Source: a bacterium (GTDB taxonomy: Bacteria; SAR324; NAC60-12). From it: DNA of 64,000 nucleotides. The notes under the pieces are model-generated. The model was not told where the DNA came from. It saw only the letters and a program-made list of their open reading frames with translations, and did no database searches. Position 1 is the stretch's first letter, and every line of letters begins with the position of its first letter. Of this stretch, positions 49,081-58,618 are shown piece by piece. Where the stretch lies: positions 256,001 to 320,000 of the forward strand of contig CBDBHR010000029.1 of NCBI GenBank assembly GCA_965205865.1, in the 5' to 3' direction. Both the position numbers and the translations under genes were made by a program.

Positions 49081-50565
49081 GCGTGTCCCCAATCCGGCGA
49101 GAACCTCACGGAAGCTGTTGAGTCCGGCTTCGAGGTTTTCGATTATCTCTTCGGCGAGGTCTTCAGGTTCGGGCAGGTTGTCCAGGTCCGTCAGGCTCTT
49201 GTCTTTGAGCCAGAAGATGTCGAGGCTGGTTTTGTCCCGCGCCTTGATCTCGTCATAGCTGTAGCTGCGCCAACGTCCTTCCGGAGTGTTCCGCTCATCC
49301 CACGTCGCCTTACGTTTGTAACGGTTTTGCGGGTTATAGCAATTGACAAAGTCCGTCATATCCTCGAAACGCATCGGCTTTTTCTTGAGCGTGTGGTGAA
49401 TATTGGTGCGGTAGTCGTAATACCAGACCTGCTTGCTCCAGGGATACGGACTGGCTTCGCGATTATCGAAAAAGATTACGTTGGCTTTGACTCCTTGCGC
49501 GTAGAAAACGCCGGTCGGCAATCGCAGGATGGTGTGCAGGTCTGTACTGTCCAGCAGCTTTTTACGGATCGTCTCACCAGCGCCACCTTCGAATAGCACG
49601 TTATCCGGTACAACAACGGCAGCGCGTCCGGTGGTTTTCAGCATCGTGCGAATATGCTGAACGAAATTGAGTTGCTTGTTCGAGGTGGTCGCCCAGAAGT
49701 CCTGCCGGTTGTAGGTCAGGTCGTCGGTTTCATGTTCACCCTTCTCGTTCGTGAAGTTCATGGAACTCTTCTTACCAAAAGGCGGATTAGCGAGCACATA
49801 GTCAAAGCGCTTACCGGCATCAGCTACGAGCGAATCATTAGGCGATATGGAAACGCCCCCGTCGATCTCACCGATGTTGTGCAAAAACATGTTCATCAGG
49901 CACAAGCGGCGCGTGTTGGCGACGATTTCGCTGCCGTGAAACGCTTTGTGCTTCAGGAACGTCTTTTGACTCTTATCGAGACTGAAGTTGACCGGGTTGG
50001 TGATGAAGTCGTAAGCAGCCAAAAAGAAACCGCCCGTTCCACAGGCCGGGTCGGCGATGAGGGTGCCCGGTTCGGGCCGTACGCATTCGACCATAGCGCG
50101 GATGAGGGCGCGCGGCGTGAAATACTGGCCCGCGCCCGACTTGGTATCTTCGGCGTTTTTCTCGAGAAGTCCTTCGTAGATGTCCCCCTTTACGTCGGCA
50201 CCCATGGTGACCCATTCGGTGTCGTCCACCATGTCGATGAGGCGAAACAGCTTTGCCGGGTCCTGGATTTTGTTCTGGGACTTGGTAAAGATCTGACCCA
50301 ACATGCCCGCCTTGCTCCCGAGCTCACGTAGCAATGTGACGTAATGGCCTTCGAGGTCTGCGCCTTTTTTAGACTTCAGGTTCTGCCAGTTGAATTCGAC
50401 CGGGATACCAACATCGCGGTTGTAGGGCGGTTTGGCATATTCATCCGCCATCTTGAGGAAAATCAGATAGGTGAGTTGCTCCAGGTAGTCGCCATAGCTC
50501 ACCCCGTCATCGCGCAGGGTGGTGCAGAAGCTCCAGACTCTGGAGACGATGGGGGCAGTGTTCAT
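49078..50565 (-). CDS. hsdM: Type I RM N6-adenine methyltransferase
   Basis: GQYFTPR, DPACGTGGF and NPPF motifs; overlaps the hsdS stop. Confidence 0.95.
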   Translation of the reverse strand: MNTAPIVSRVWSFCTTLRDDGVSYGDYLEQLTYLIFLKMADEYAKPPYNRDVGIPVEFNWQNLKSKKGADLEGHYVTLLRELGSKAGMLGQIFTKSQNKIQDPAKLFRLIDMVDDTEWVTMGADVKGDIYEGLLEKNAEDTKSGAGQYFTPRALIRAMVECVRPEPGTLIADPACGTGGFFLAAYDFITNPVNFSLDKSQKTFLKHKAFHGSEIVANTRRLCLMNMFLHNIGEIDGGVSISPNDSLVADAGKRFDYVLANPPFGKKSSMNFTNEKGEHETDDLTYNRQDFWATTSNKQLNFVQHIRTMLKTTGRAAVVVPDNVLFEGGAGETIRKKLLDSTDLHTILRLPTGVFYAQGVKANVIFFDNREASPYPWSKQVWYYDYRTNIHHTLKKKPMRFEDMTDFVNCYNPQNRYKRKATWDERNTPEGRWRSYSYDEIKARDKTSLDIFWLKDKSLTDLDNLPEPEDLAEEIIENLEAGLNSFREVLAGLGTR

Positions 50566-52085
50566 ACGGCTGTCTTTCTCTTTTTTGTTTTCTTGGAGTA
50601 GTTGAACTGCATCGCTTTCTCTCTTTCGATCCTGATCCGGTCCAGAAGAATTGAGGCGGGTTCATCATGCGAGTCCTGCACGACAAGCTTCCCGGAAAAA
50701 GCCTTCTTGAGGATTGACTGACGCAATATCTCCGCTTGCTCCAATGCCGAGTCGATTCCCCGCTCCTGCTGCTCGACCGCCACGAATCGTCTTTCCAACA
50801 GACGAACAATTTCCTGCTGTTCAGTCAAGGTGCAGAGAATGAACGGCAATTCTTCGAACTTAGATTTATTCAAGATCGGAAGAGTTGTCGCAGACGCCTC
50901 AGATTTCACCTTGGAATTAAAGAAAGGCGCCAGCGCCTGGAGATAGACAAATTTAGAATCGAACCCGGCGTCGGGACTAACCGAATTGATCTGCTGGTTG
51001 GTTGCACAACTCAATCTTGTAAATCCCGTTTTGCCGATGGTCGCACCTATACATGTCACCAAAATCGAGTCGGCAGGAAGGACACGTGCAGATTCGGCAC
51101 CTATTTCGGAAAGATACTCGCGTGCGGTTTGAACATTGTCTCCTTGGTCCAAATCCGTCGGTTTAAAAAATGGAAGCTTTCCTCCGTAGTTTCCAGGATA
51201 CTTCGTTGACGGTGTCGTACCTGTTTCAATCCTTCCAATTTGCTTCAAGCGAACCCATACCCAACGATCCGTGATTGTAGGCAACTTCTTGCATAACACT
51301 TCTTCAATTGACTCTACTGGGTTTGACTCCCTTGGTCTCACAGGCTTCTTACCTTTCTTCTCGTTTTTCTCCCATTCTTTGACGGCCGTTTCCCACTCCC
51401 TGAGTTGCCTTTGGTAGCTCACCGCCCGCTCCTGCTTGATGCGAGTTAGCAATTGTTCGGGTTTCTCGAGTTTGTCGTTGTTTTCTTCGCGCCATTGCGT
51501 CGTGAGCTTGCCTTCGAAGGCGTGCTTGAGCACGGTCTGACGGTAGACATTGAGCTTCGCCCGCGCCGTCTTCAGGCTTTCGACGCCCTTGTCCAGTTCG
51601 GAAAACAGTTCCTCGATCTTGGCGACGATACGACGTTGTTCGTTCTGAGGGGCAATAGGAACTTTACTTTTCTTGAGAAATGCGTAATGCCTTGAATACC
51701 CTCTATCCGGTATGTGTAATACCTTACATGCGTAGTACGCAAAACGCTCGTCGACGATAATCGGCTTGAGTACCTTTACTCCGTCTGCGCCTGGTGCGAA
51801 TAAAAAACTGACCAGCTTGAAGCATTTCGTATGATCACCAAAAACTATCAGGATACGATCTGATTGAATGCTCTTTGATAAGTCATTCGTAAATCCTCCA
51901 ATTAAATTGGCTCCTTGATCAACTATCGGGATCGTGCCCGAGGAAAGGTAATCCTTTTGTGGCACCTTGAGATGTGCGAGAGAAATGATCTCGAACACAT
52001 CTTCGAAGTCTACTTGCTCCCAATGCGGTGGGATATTCAGAGGCGGTGGTGTCCATTCATCTATGCCGAAAGAAGCACTATTCAT
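50562..52085 (-). CDS. hsdS: Type I RM specificity subunit
   Basis: Two TRDs, each followed by a conserved helix (EQRRIVAKIEELF, EQQEIV); LRQSILKKAFSGKL. Confidence 0.93.
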   Translation of the reverse strand: MNSASFGIDEWTPPPLNIPPHWEQVDFEDVFEIISLAHLKVPQKDYLSSGTIPIVDQGANLIGGFTNDLSKSIQSDRILIVFGDHTKCFKLVSFLFAPGADGVKVLKPIIVDERFAYYACKVLHIPDRGYSRHYAFLKKSKVPIAPQNEQRRIVAKIEELFSELDKGVESLKTARAKLNVYRQTVLKHAFEGKLTTQWREENNDKLEKPEQLLTRIKQERAVSYQRQLREWETAVKEWEKNEKKGKKPVRPRESNPVESIEEVLCKKLPTITDRWVWVRLKQIGRIETGTTPSTKYPGNYGGKLPFFKPTDLDQGDNVQTAREYLSEIGAESARVLPADSILVTCIGATIGKTGFTRLSCATNQQINSVSPDAGFDSKFVYLQALAPFFNSKVKSEASATTLPILNKSKFEELPFILCTLTEQQEIVRLLERRFVAVEQQERGIDSALEQAEILRQSILKKAFSGKLVVQDSHDEPASILLDRIRIEREKAMQFNYSKKTKKRKTAV

Positions 52086-52086
52086 G

Positions 52087-54852
52087 TTATGCTACTAAAG
52101 CTTCATTCAGTTCGTAAATAACTCTATCCATCCTATCACCAAATAGCTTGTACATCCGCCCAAGTCCGCCTTTACCATCGAAGGGAGCCATGTCCAGGTC
52201 GTCTCGCTCCAGATGAAAGGAGGTGATGATGTGGTCACGAATCATGCGCAGCCACTCCATCTGCTCCTCATTGAATTTCTCTCCGCTGCCACTGTGGCGC
52301 GTCATGATCCAATTCTGAAAGTTGCGGCGCACAGTTTGCGAATAGGACGAGAGTTTCCTGTCAATTCCGCAGACGCGACGGATCAATGCCACGAGCGCAG
52401 TCAATTCACCAACGGGTTTGGCGCCTTTGTATTCATCAAGCAGTTTATACGCCTGCCAGACCTGCAAGGGAGACAGGCGTGGTTTGTCGTTTTTCAGTCT
52501 GTCGAATACCTCCCGGATCATCGCATAAGTCAACTCGCTGCGCCTGTGCGGTTGAGCGAAGAAGATAGTCAAGGCTTCGATCTCGTCTCGGTTGGCTTCC
52601 AGATATTGCCGGAAGTCCAGCACCATAGCCTCCGCATTTTCATGCGCGTCACCTTCCCATCCGGCTTGGAGCACGGTGTCCAGGCTGTCATGGTCGATGG
52701 TTTGTTCCTTGTCACGGCGAATCGAGTCGATCAGTTCAATCAGTTCACCGTTGAAGACGCCAGCTGCGTCACGGACTAATCGCTCCTGAACCTTTTCACA
52801 GGCTTCAGGTGACGGTTCGGCCCCATCAGTCACAGACTCGGTCTCGCGGGCCTTCGCTTCGACCCGGTCCGAATCGATGGCTGCCAACAGATTACCAGCA
52901 ATGCTGGTGAGTTCGATCCCTCCTGTCTGTTCTTTGATACGCGCTCGCTCCTGGGGGTTAAGTTGCCGGTTGAGACGAGCGAGGCGTCCGGCAAGAGAAC
53001 TCACCGTGTCTTCGTCGTGGGCACCCATCATCACTCCCATGGCGAGGTCTTTTAACGGAATGGAGGGTTTAATGATGAGCGGTTGGCTATCAGTCTTGAG
53101 GGATTTCGTGACGGCGACGGCATCCACGATCACGTAATGGGTCTTCGCGCTGACGGCGGAGGGTGAAACTTTTTTGAGATCATCATAGTCGAGGGTGCGG
53201 GTACCGCGGCCTTTCATCTGCTCGAAATAGTTACGGCTTTTTACGTCGCGCATGAAGAGCAGGCATTCGAGCGGTTTGACGTCGGTGCCCGTAGAAATCA
53301 TATCCACGGTCACGGCGATACGTGGGTAATAGTCATTGCGGAACTGAGCGAGGACGGATTTCGGGTCTTCATCGACCTTGTAGGTGATCTTCTTACAGAA
53401 TTCATTGCCCTCGGCGAATTCCTCGCGTATGGTCTGGATGACGTCGTCGGCATGGCTGTCGGTCTTGGCAAAAACCAGCGTCTTCGGCACTTCCTCGCGA
53501 CCGGGGAATATCTCCTGCAGCTTGTCGCGGAAGGTGCGTACGACCGTGCGAATCTGGTCGGGATTTACGACGGAACGGTCCAGTTCCCATCCGGTATAAG
53601 TGAGGTCTTCGTCCTGGATATCCCAACGCTTGCGACGCGTCAGACTCTGTCGCTTCTCGACCTGCTGGTGGGCTTTGAGTTGACCACCATGCCGCGTTCT
53701 TTCAGTTTCTATGACGTAGATTTCGTTGCCGACGTTGACACCATCGGCAACGGCTTGCTCATGGTTGTATTCACTGACGACGTTCTTTTTGAAGAATCCA
53801 AAAGTGCGTTTGTCCGGCGTGGCCGTGAGACCGACGAGATAGGCGTCGAAATATTCCAGCACTTGGCGCCAGAGGTTGTAAATCGAGCGGTGGCATTCGT
53901 CGATGATGATAAAGTCAAAGAACTCGGGTGGAATTTTGCCGTTGTAGACGACCGGCACCGGTTGTCTGGATTGTAGTATCTCCTCCGGATTAATCTCCTC
54001 AGCGGCTTCGTCCAATTCCTGACCCTTCAGGAGCGAGTACATGCGCTGGATGGTACTGATGCAGACCTGGCTGTCCTTGGCGACGAAGGACGATTTGAGG
54101 CGCTGGACGTTATAGAGTTCGGTGAATTTGCGGTTGTCATCACTGGGTACGTAGGTCATGAACTCCTGCTCGGCCTGTTCACCCAGATTCCTGGTGTCCA
54201 CGAGAAAGAGGATGCGCTTGGCGTCCGCATATTTGAGCAAGCGGTATATCGAGGTGATGGCGGCATAGGTCTTTCCTGAGCCGGTAGCCATCTGAATGAG
54301 AGCACGTGGGCGATCATCTTTGAAGGATGCTTCGAGCTTCTCGATGGCGTTGATCTGACACGCTCTCAGACCCGTCGGATCCAAATTCGGAAGCCATTGG
54401 AGCCTCGATCGAAGCGATGCGGGCTGGGAAAGCCACTCCTGCATCGTCTCCGGATGAGGAAAGTTGAACACTTCGCGGGAACGGGGTTTTGGATCGCGTG
54501 CGTCGGTGAAGCGCGTGAGTACCCCGGTACTCTCATAAACGAATGGCAGAGGATTTATATTGTTCAACCACTTGAGTTTGGCAACGGCATACTCTGCAGA
54601 TTGCTCTTCGACCGTCGTGATGTTCTGGCCCCGCTCCTTTGGCTTGGCCTCCACCACGCCGACTGGTTTCTTGTCAATGAAAAGAACGTAGTCGGCCGGA
54701 CCGACATCGGTCTGGTATTCACGAATGGCAATTCCAAGGCCGGCGCTGAAGTCGATCTTCTTTTTTGATTGCACCTTCCAGCCGGCTTGATCCAACAACG
54801 CATCGATGTTGTCGCGCGCTTCCTGTTCCGGAGTGCGGTGCGCAAAAGCCAT
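52087..54852 (-). CDS. hsdR: Type I RM restriction subunit (EcoEI-like C-terminus)
   Basis: ADY...VEAK nuclease motif, MATGSGKT, DECH, LTATP and QMKGRGTR motifs. Confidence 0.95.
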   Translation of the reverse strand: MAFAHRTPEQEARDNIDALLDQAGWKVQSKKKIDFSAGLGIAIREYQTDVGPADYVLFIDKKPVGVVEAKPKERGQNITTVEEQSAEYAVAKLKWLNNINPLPFVYESTGVLTRFTDARDPKPRSREVFNFPHPETMQEWLSQPASLRSRLQWLPNLDPTGLRACQINAIEKLEASFKDDRPRALIQMATGSGKTYAAITSIYRLLKYADAKRILFLVDTRNLGEQAEQEFMTYVPSDDNRKFTELYNVQRLKSSFVAKDSQVCISTIQRMYSLLKGQELDEAAEEINPEEILQSRQPVPVVYNGKIPPEFFDFIIIDECHRSIYNLWRQVLEYFDAYLVGLTATPDKRTFGFFKKNVVSEYNHEQAVADGVNVGNEIYVIETERTRHGGQLKAHQQVEKRQSLTRRKRWDIQDEDLTYTGWELDRSVVNPDQIRTVVRTFRDKLQEIFPGREEVPKTLVFAKTDSHADDVIQTIREEFAEGNEFCKKITYKVDEDPKSVLAQFRNDYYPRIAVTVDMISTGTDVKPLECLLFMRDVKSRNYFEQMKGRGTRTLDYDDLKKVSPSAVSAKTHYVIVDAVAVTKSLKTDSQPLIIKPSIPLKDLAMGVMMGAHDEDTVSSLAGRLARLNRQLNPQERARIKEQTGGIELTSIAGNLLAAIDSDRVEAKARETESVTDGAEPSPEACEKVQERLVRDAAGVFNGELIELIDSIRRDKEQTIDHDSLDTVLQAGWEGDAHENAEAMVLDFRQYLEANRDEIEALTIFFAQPHRRSELTYAMIREVFDRLKNDKPRLSPLQVWQAYKLLDEYKGAKPVGELTALVALIRRVCGIDRKLSSYSQTVRRNFQNWIMTRHSGSGEKFNEEQMEWLRMIRDHIITSFHLERDDLDMAPFDGKGGLGRMYKLFGDRMDRVIYELNEALVA

Positions 54853-55131
54853 AGCCTCAATCCTTTATATCAATTCGCCAGTCTCTACCTGTCCAGTTTT
54901 CTTTAGTAGCCATCTACCACTCGCCTTTCTTCCATGAAAAACAAGAAAATACCAAAAGAATATATGAAAAAAAGACTATTCCATCAACTTCAAGCAGTTT
55001 GTTGGGTAGTCTAAACCTCGATGATTTGGAAGAAACAAGTGGTTCATAGTTATCCACTTCTTATTCTAATAATTTCGAAACCATCAGAGATTGGTAGGGT
55101 CCTTGTCGATCCCTGTGTTCTCTTGATTATT

Positions 55132-56199
55132 TCAATTCGCTGCTGTTCTTCTATTCAAAACAGCTTGAAGTTTATACTTTAGATTTCGGATTTTAACAGA
55201 CCACAGTTTTTCTTTTGGATACGCCCCGGTATCTGACATTCGTAGTAAATCACTCTCGGTTGGATGTCGATAACCTGAAGAATTGCAATGATCATTAAGC
55301 CAAACCTGCGTTTCTTGAACAAATGTATTTAACTGATCACATTTGTAGTGACCATCAACACTTTTCCACCACAATATAGTTAAAGCAGAGATTCTTCGTT
55401 GAATATCGTCAAGATACTCTTGTTTAGTAGGAGCTATGGTTGCAATGATATGCTCAGTGATTTGATGAGTGTAAAAAAGTAAATATGGCAAGCGACTGTA
55501 AAGATAATGCCACTGTGTATTTTTTGAGTACGAATCAGAGAAAATAAAATTTATATTTAAATTCTCAGTGCGGATAGCCATATGTTCGGTGAATAAATGC
55601 ATTGCCTTATTACACACCCCATCGAAACTATCATACTCATTTTTATCATACCTGAGTTGTGCAATATAACTTGCATCAAGACGCGAGGTTTCACCAATAA
55701 CATCTAGAACTTTTTGTATCCTTTTTCTATGGTTCTCTACATCTCCTGTGTTTTTTGGGCGAAGCTTGAGAGGATCAGCAGCCAGTTTATTTGAAAAATC
55801 AAGTTCATCAAGCACTATAGACTCAATCAGGTATAGGTTCTCTTGTAAAGGCTTTCGTATAAGCATGTAGGAGATACCGAGCTTTGCTTTTCTTGAGTTT
55901 TCCAAACATGCAAACACAGAATGCATCATGTCTGACAAAACAGCAGGAAAAACCAAATTTTTTACAACCTGCGCTCGATCTTGCAAACGTTCTTTGTTTT
56001 CAAGCCATGTAAAAACATCATCGGTTTTTTCTAAGGAGGAATAATCGTCATCATTCATCGTGATAGTTGTAGTAAAGAACTGCCCTTCTTCTCCAGATTT
56101 TATCATTTGCACCATAATATCATGAATCACAAAACATAGCTTATGGGCTATTTCAAACGCTTCAGGCAATAATTTTCTATATTTAGACTTTGGACGCAT
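55132..56199 (-). CDS. Hypothetical helical protein, possible HEPN-like fold
   Basis: AT-rich ORF of about 355 aa with RKPLQE and a later NKAMH; no canonical RxxxxH. Confidence 0.6.
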   Translation of the reverse strand: MRPKSKYRKLLPEAFEIAHKLCFVIHDIMVQMIKSGEEGQFFTTTITMNDDDYSSLEKTDDVFTWLENKERLQDRAQVVKNLVFPAVLSDMMHSVFACLENSRKAKLGISYMLIRKPLQENLYLIESIVLDELDFSNKLAADPLKLRPKNTGDVENHRKRIQKVLDVIGETSRLDASYIAQLRYDKNEYDSFDGVCNKAMHLFTEHMAIRTENLNINFIFSDSYSKNTQWHYLYSRLPYLLFYTHQITEHIIATIAPTKQEYLDDIQRRISALTILWWKSVDGHYKCDQLNTFVQETQVWLNDHCNSSGYRHPTESDLLRMSDTGAYPKEKLWSVKIRNLKYKLQAVLNRRTAAN

Positions 56200-56211
56200 C
56201 AATTTTTAAAT

Positions 56212-56859
56212 TCATTTTGTTCGCGCGTGCACCTCAGTCTTTAGTTTTATGGACTGCATATGTGTGACTTGGACATCTCCATCACTTTGAGTTTGCATCA
56301 AAACCGCGAGTGCAATTTGGTCAGAAATATGAATCCAGTGATGATTTAGAAGTCGCACTGTTTTCTTGTGATAGTCCATAATTTTCTCGAAGTGACTTTC
56401 AATACACCCAATATATACATTTTGTCGACTTGCATGAAGATATTTTCCACAAATCTTGTCATACAGTGTGCAAAAATCAGATTCTGTCAGGTAGCCATGG
56501 CTAATTTTGTCTACCTTTCTGATACCGTCTGGATAACCCAAATCCTCGACTGGTTCCGGATAGTATTTGGGATTTATGCGTTGGATTTGTCGGAGAATTT
56601 TCGAGGCACTGAACTCTTTGTCTTGCAAGTGCTTGCTCAACTTAATCGCGAACGCACTATGTGCTGTAACTGCCGAAAACATAATTAGCTCAAGAATCTT
56701 CCTAAACTGCAAATAACAGAGTTCTATGTCGGTTTCCCGATAGCCTGTTACAGAACCGCCGGCTACGTAAGTATCAATACACTTGGAGATTACAGCGGTA
56801 CGGTACTTTATCTGCCTCATATTATCACGATATCGTGCGATGGCTGTTTCGACTTTCAT
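56212..56859 (-). CDS. Hypothetical protein, possible HEPN-like fold
   Basis: 215 aa with LQFRKILE and LY..ICGKYLH; ends 12 bp before the next gene. Confidence 0.6.
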   Translation of the reverse strand: MKVETAIARYRDNMRQIKYRTAVISKCIDTYVAGGSVTGYRETDIELCYLQFRKILELIMFSAVTAHSAFAIKLSKHLQDKEFSASKILRQIQRINPKYYPEPVEDLGYPDGIRKVDKISHGYLTESDFCTLYDKICGKYLHASRQNVYIGCIESHFEKIMDYHKKTVRLLNHHWIHISDQIALAVLMQTQSDGDVQVTHMQSIKLKTEVHARTK

Positions 56860-57374
56860 TTGCCAATTGCTTCAAACAATGACATCAAACAATGCTTTGT
56901 ATAAGTTCGGTTTCCGCTTTGTTAAATTTTGGATTCTCGTCCTTTTGAAATAAGTAAAAATTTAGTAGACAGGCAATCATTTTACAAAACAATTTTATTG
57001 ATGCACAATTTTTTCCGGGATCAAGTGGTAGCCCAGTTTTTGCTGTTTGGGACAGTAAGTATGCATTACTTGGTGTTGTTTCTCTTACAATGATTCGACA
57101 TTCACTGATTCAAACTTGATCTGCGAATGTGCCACCGATTGAAGTCGAATAGATATTTGTTCTTGGAACTATAGCAAAGCAGAAATTTGTATAGGAGCTT
57201 ATAGATAATACTGTTAATGAGGTTTTACGAAGTGTATCTCCAAGGTCATAATTATTGGATCTTCTAGTGAAATTGACTAAAACGTATCTCATAAACATCT
57301 ATCGGTTTGATCACAAAGGAGGAAAGGTAGAATAGATTTGAAGGAAGGTTTTTAATGGACATCGGGAGGAAGAT

Positions 57375-57450
<76 letters not shown>

Positions 57451-58186
57451 GTGTCTTGGTAGGTTGATTGCAAGCCTATCGAAAAAAAGGGTCATTTCAA
57501 GAAAAAATTATGACTCTTTGTCGGTTTCGTAAAATTCTGGTCAATTTCATGCGCATGCCGTTTTGATCTTCTCTTGTAAACGCCGGATCCACTTCCAATT
57601 CGTGGTTATTTCGCGTCTGACCGAACCCCCTTTCCTCCTTCAGCAAAAAGGAGCTCGTGTATTGCTCGGTAAATACATTTCTAAGTTGAGCGATTTATAA
57701 TAATAATAGCTCTCAACCTTTTGGAAAAAGTGTGATATTTCAGTGTGTAACGCTAAAAATATCCACAATTTCCAACACGACCCAACAGGTAGAGAGATTC
57801 ATGGAAAAAGATACAACAATTCAGGGAAAAAATAAACAGAAAATTGATGTAATTGAGCCAAGCGATGAACACTTGACAAGTCGTACCGGATTGGCCGGGT
57901 TCCCCGGCTGAGTAAGTCACCTCCTCTTGCATAATTTCCTCTACTACCGTCTGTTTCAATGGAATCAGTGGTTGGATCTATAACAGCCGAATGAAAAACA
58001 CAAACTCACTGGAATGTAATCCTTTACTCGTTCTTTCGCATTGCTTCTTTTCAGGGGTTTGCTTACCCTTTCCACGACCTTCCTTCGTCGGGTCGGGTTT
58101 TGTGTGGTCAATGAAACCACAACATATCGGATGGGAGGCCATCTTTCAATTTTCAACTGATTTTAGGACATTTCTGGGGAAACACC

Positions 58187-58618
58187 ATGAATATCACTAA
58201 TATCAAAGTAGAATTATTCAAGTTTATATCCGAACCGTGGAAATTGGGATCCAAGCTGGCGTTTGGTCAGACCATTCCTGGAATGGTGACGGCAGATACC
58301 GGTAAATGGGTCAGCAGCAATGCGTTCCCTGGATTTTCCCATGCGGGCGCAAACCAATTTATTCCAAGGCTGATCGAGTTCATAAAACCCGGAATCTTGG
58401 GATGCGATCCCCTGGATATTGGCAAAGTCCGGGAGGAACTGTGGAAGCTAAATCGGTGGGTATCCACGGATACCATTGGGGCTAGCGACATCTGCCTGTG
58501 GGATATCAACTGCAAGCTTGCAGGACGACCCATACACAGGTTAACCGGGACTTGTAAAGACGCAGTCCGGGTCTACTCGCTTTCAGAGGTGCTGACCCGC
58601 GCATTCGGAGTACGATAA
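58187..58618 (+). pseudogene. Mandelate racemase/enolase superfamily, N-terminal domain only
   Basis: LGCDPLDI...IGASDICLWDINCKLAGRPIHRL.G...VRVY; the catalytic barrel is missing. Confidence 0.75.

Noticed and set aside
43713-56942. Shared 12-mer GGATTCTCGTCC upstream of two island genes
   Set aside because: Repeated 12-mers are expected by chance in 64 kb, and spacing to the start codons differs.
57750-58160. IS1595-like transposase remnant (GRGKGKQTP)
   Set aside because: Similarity limited to a few residues, with multiple stops and no ends found.
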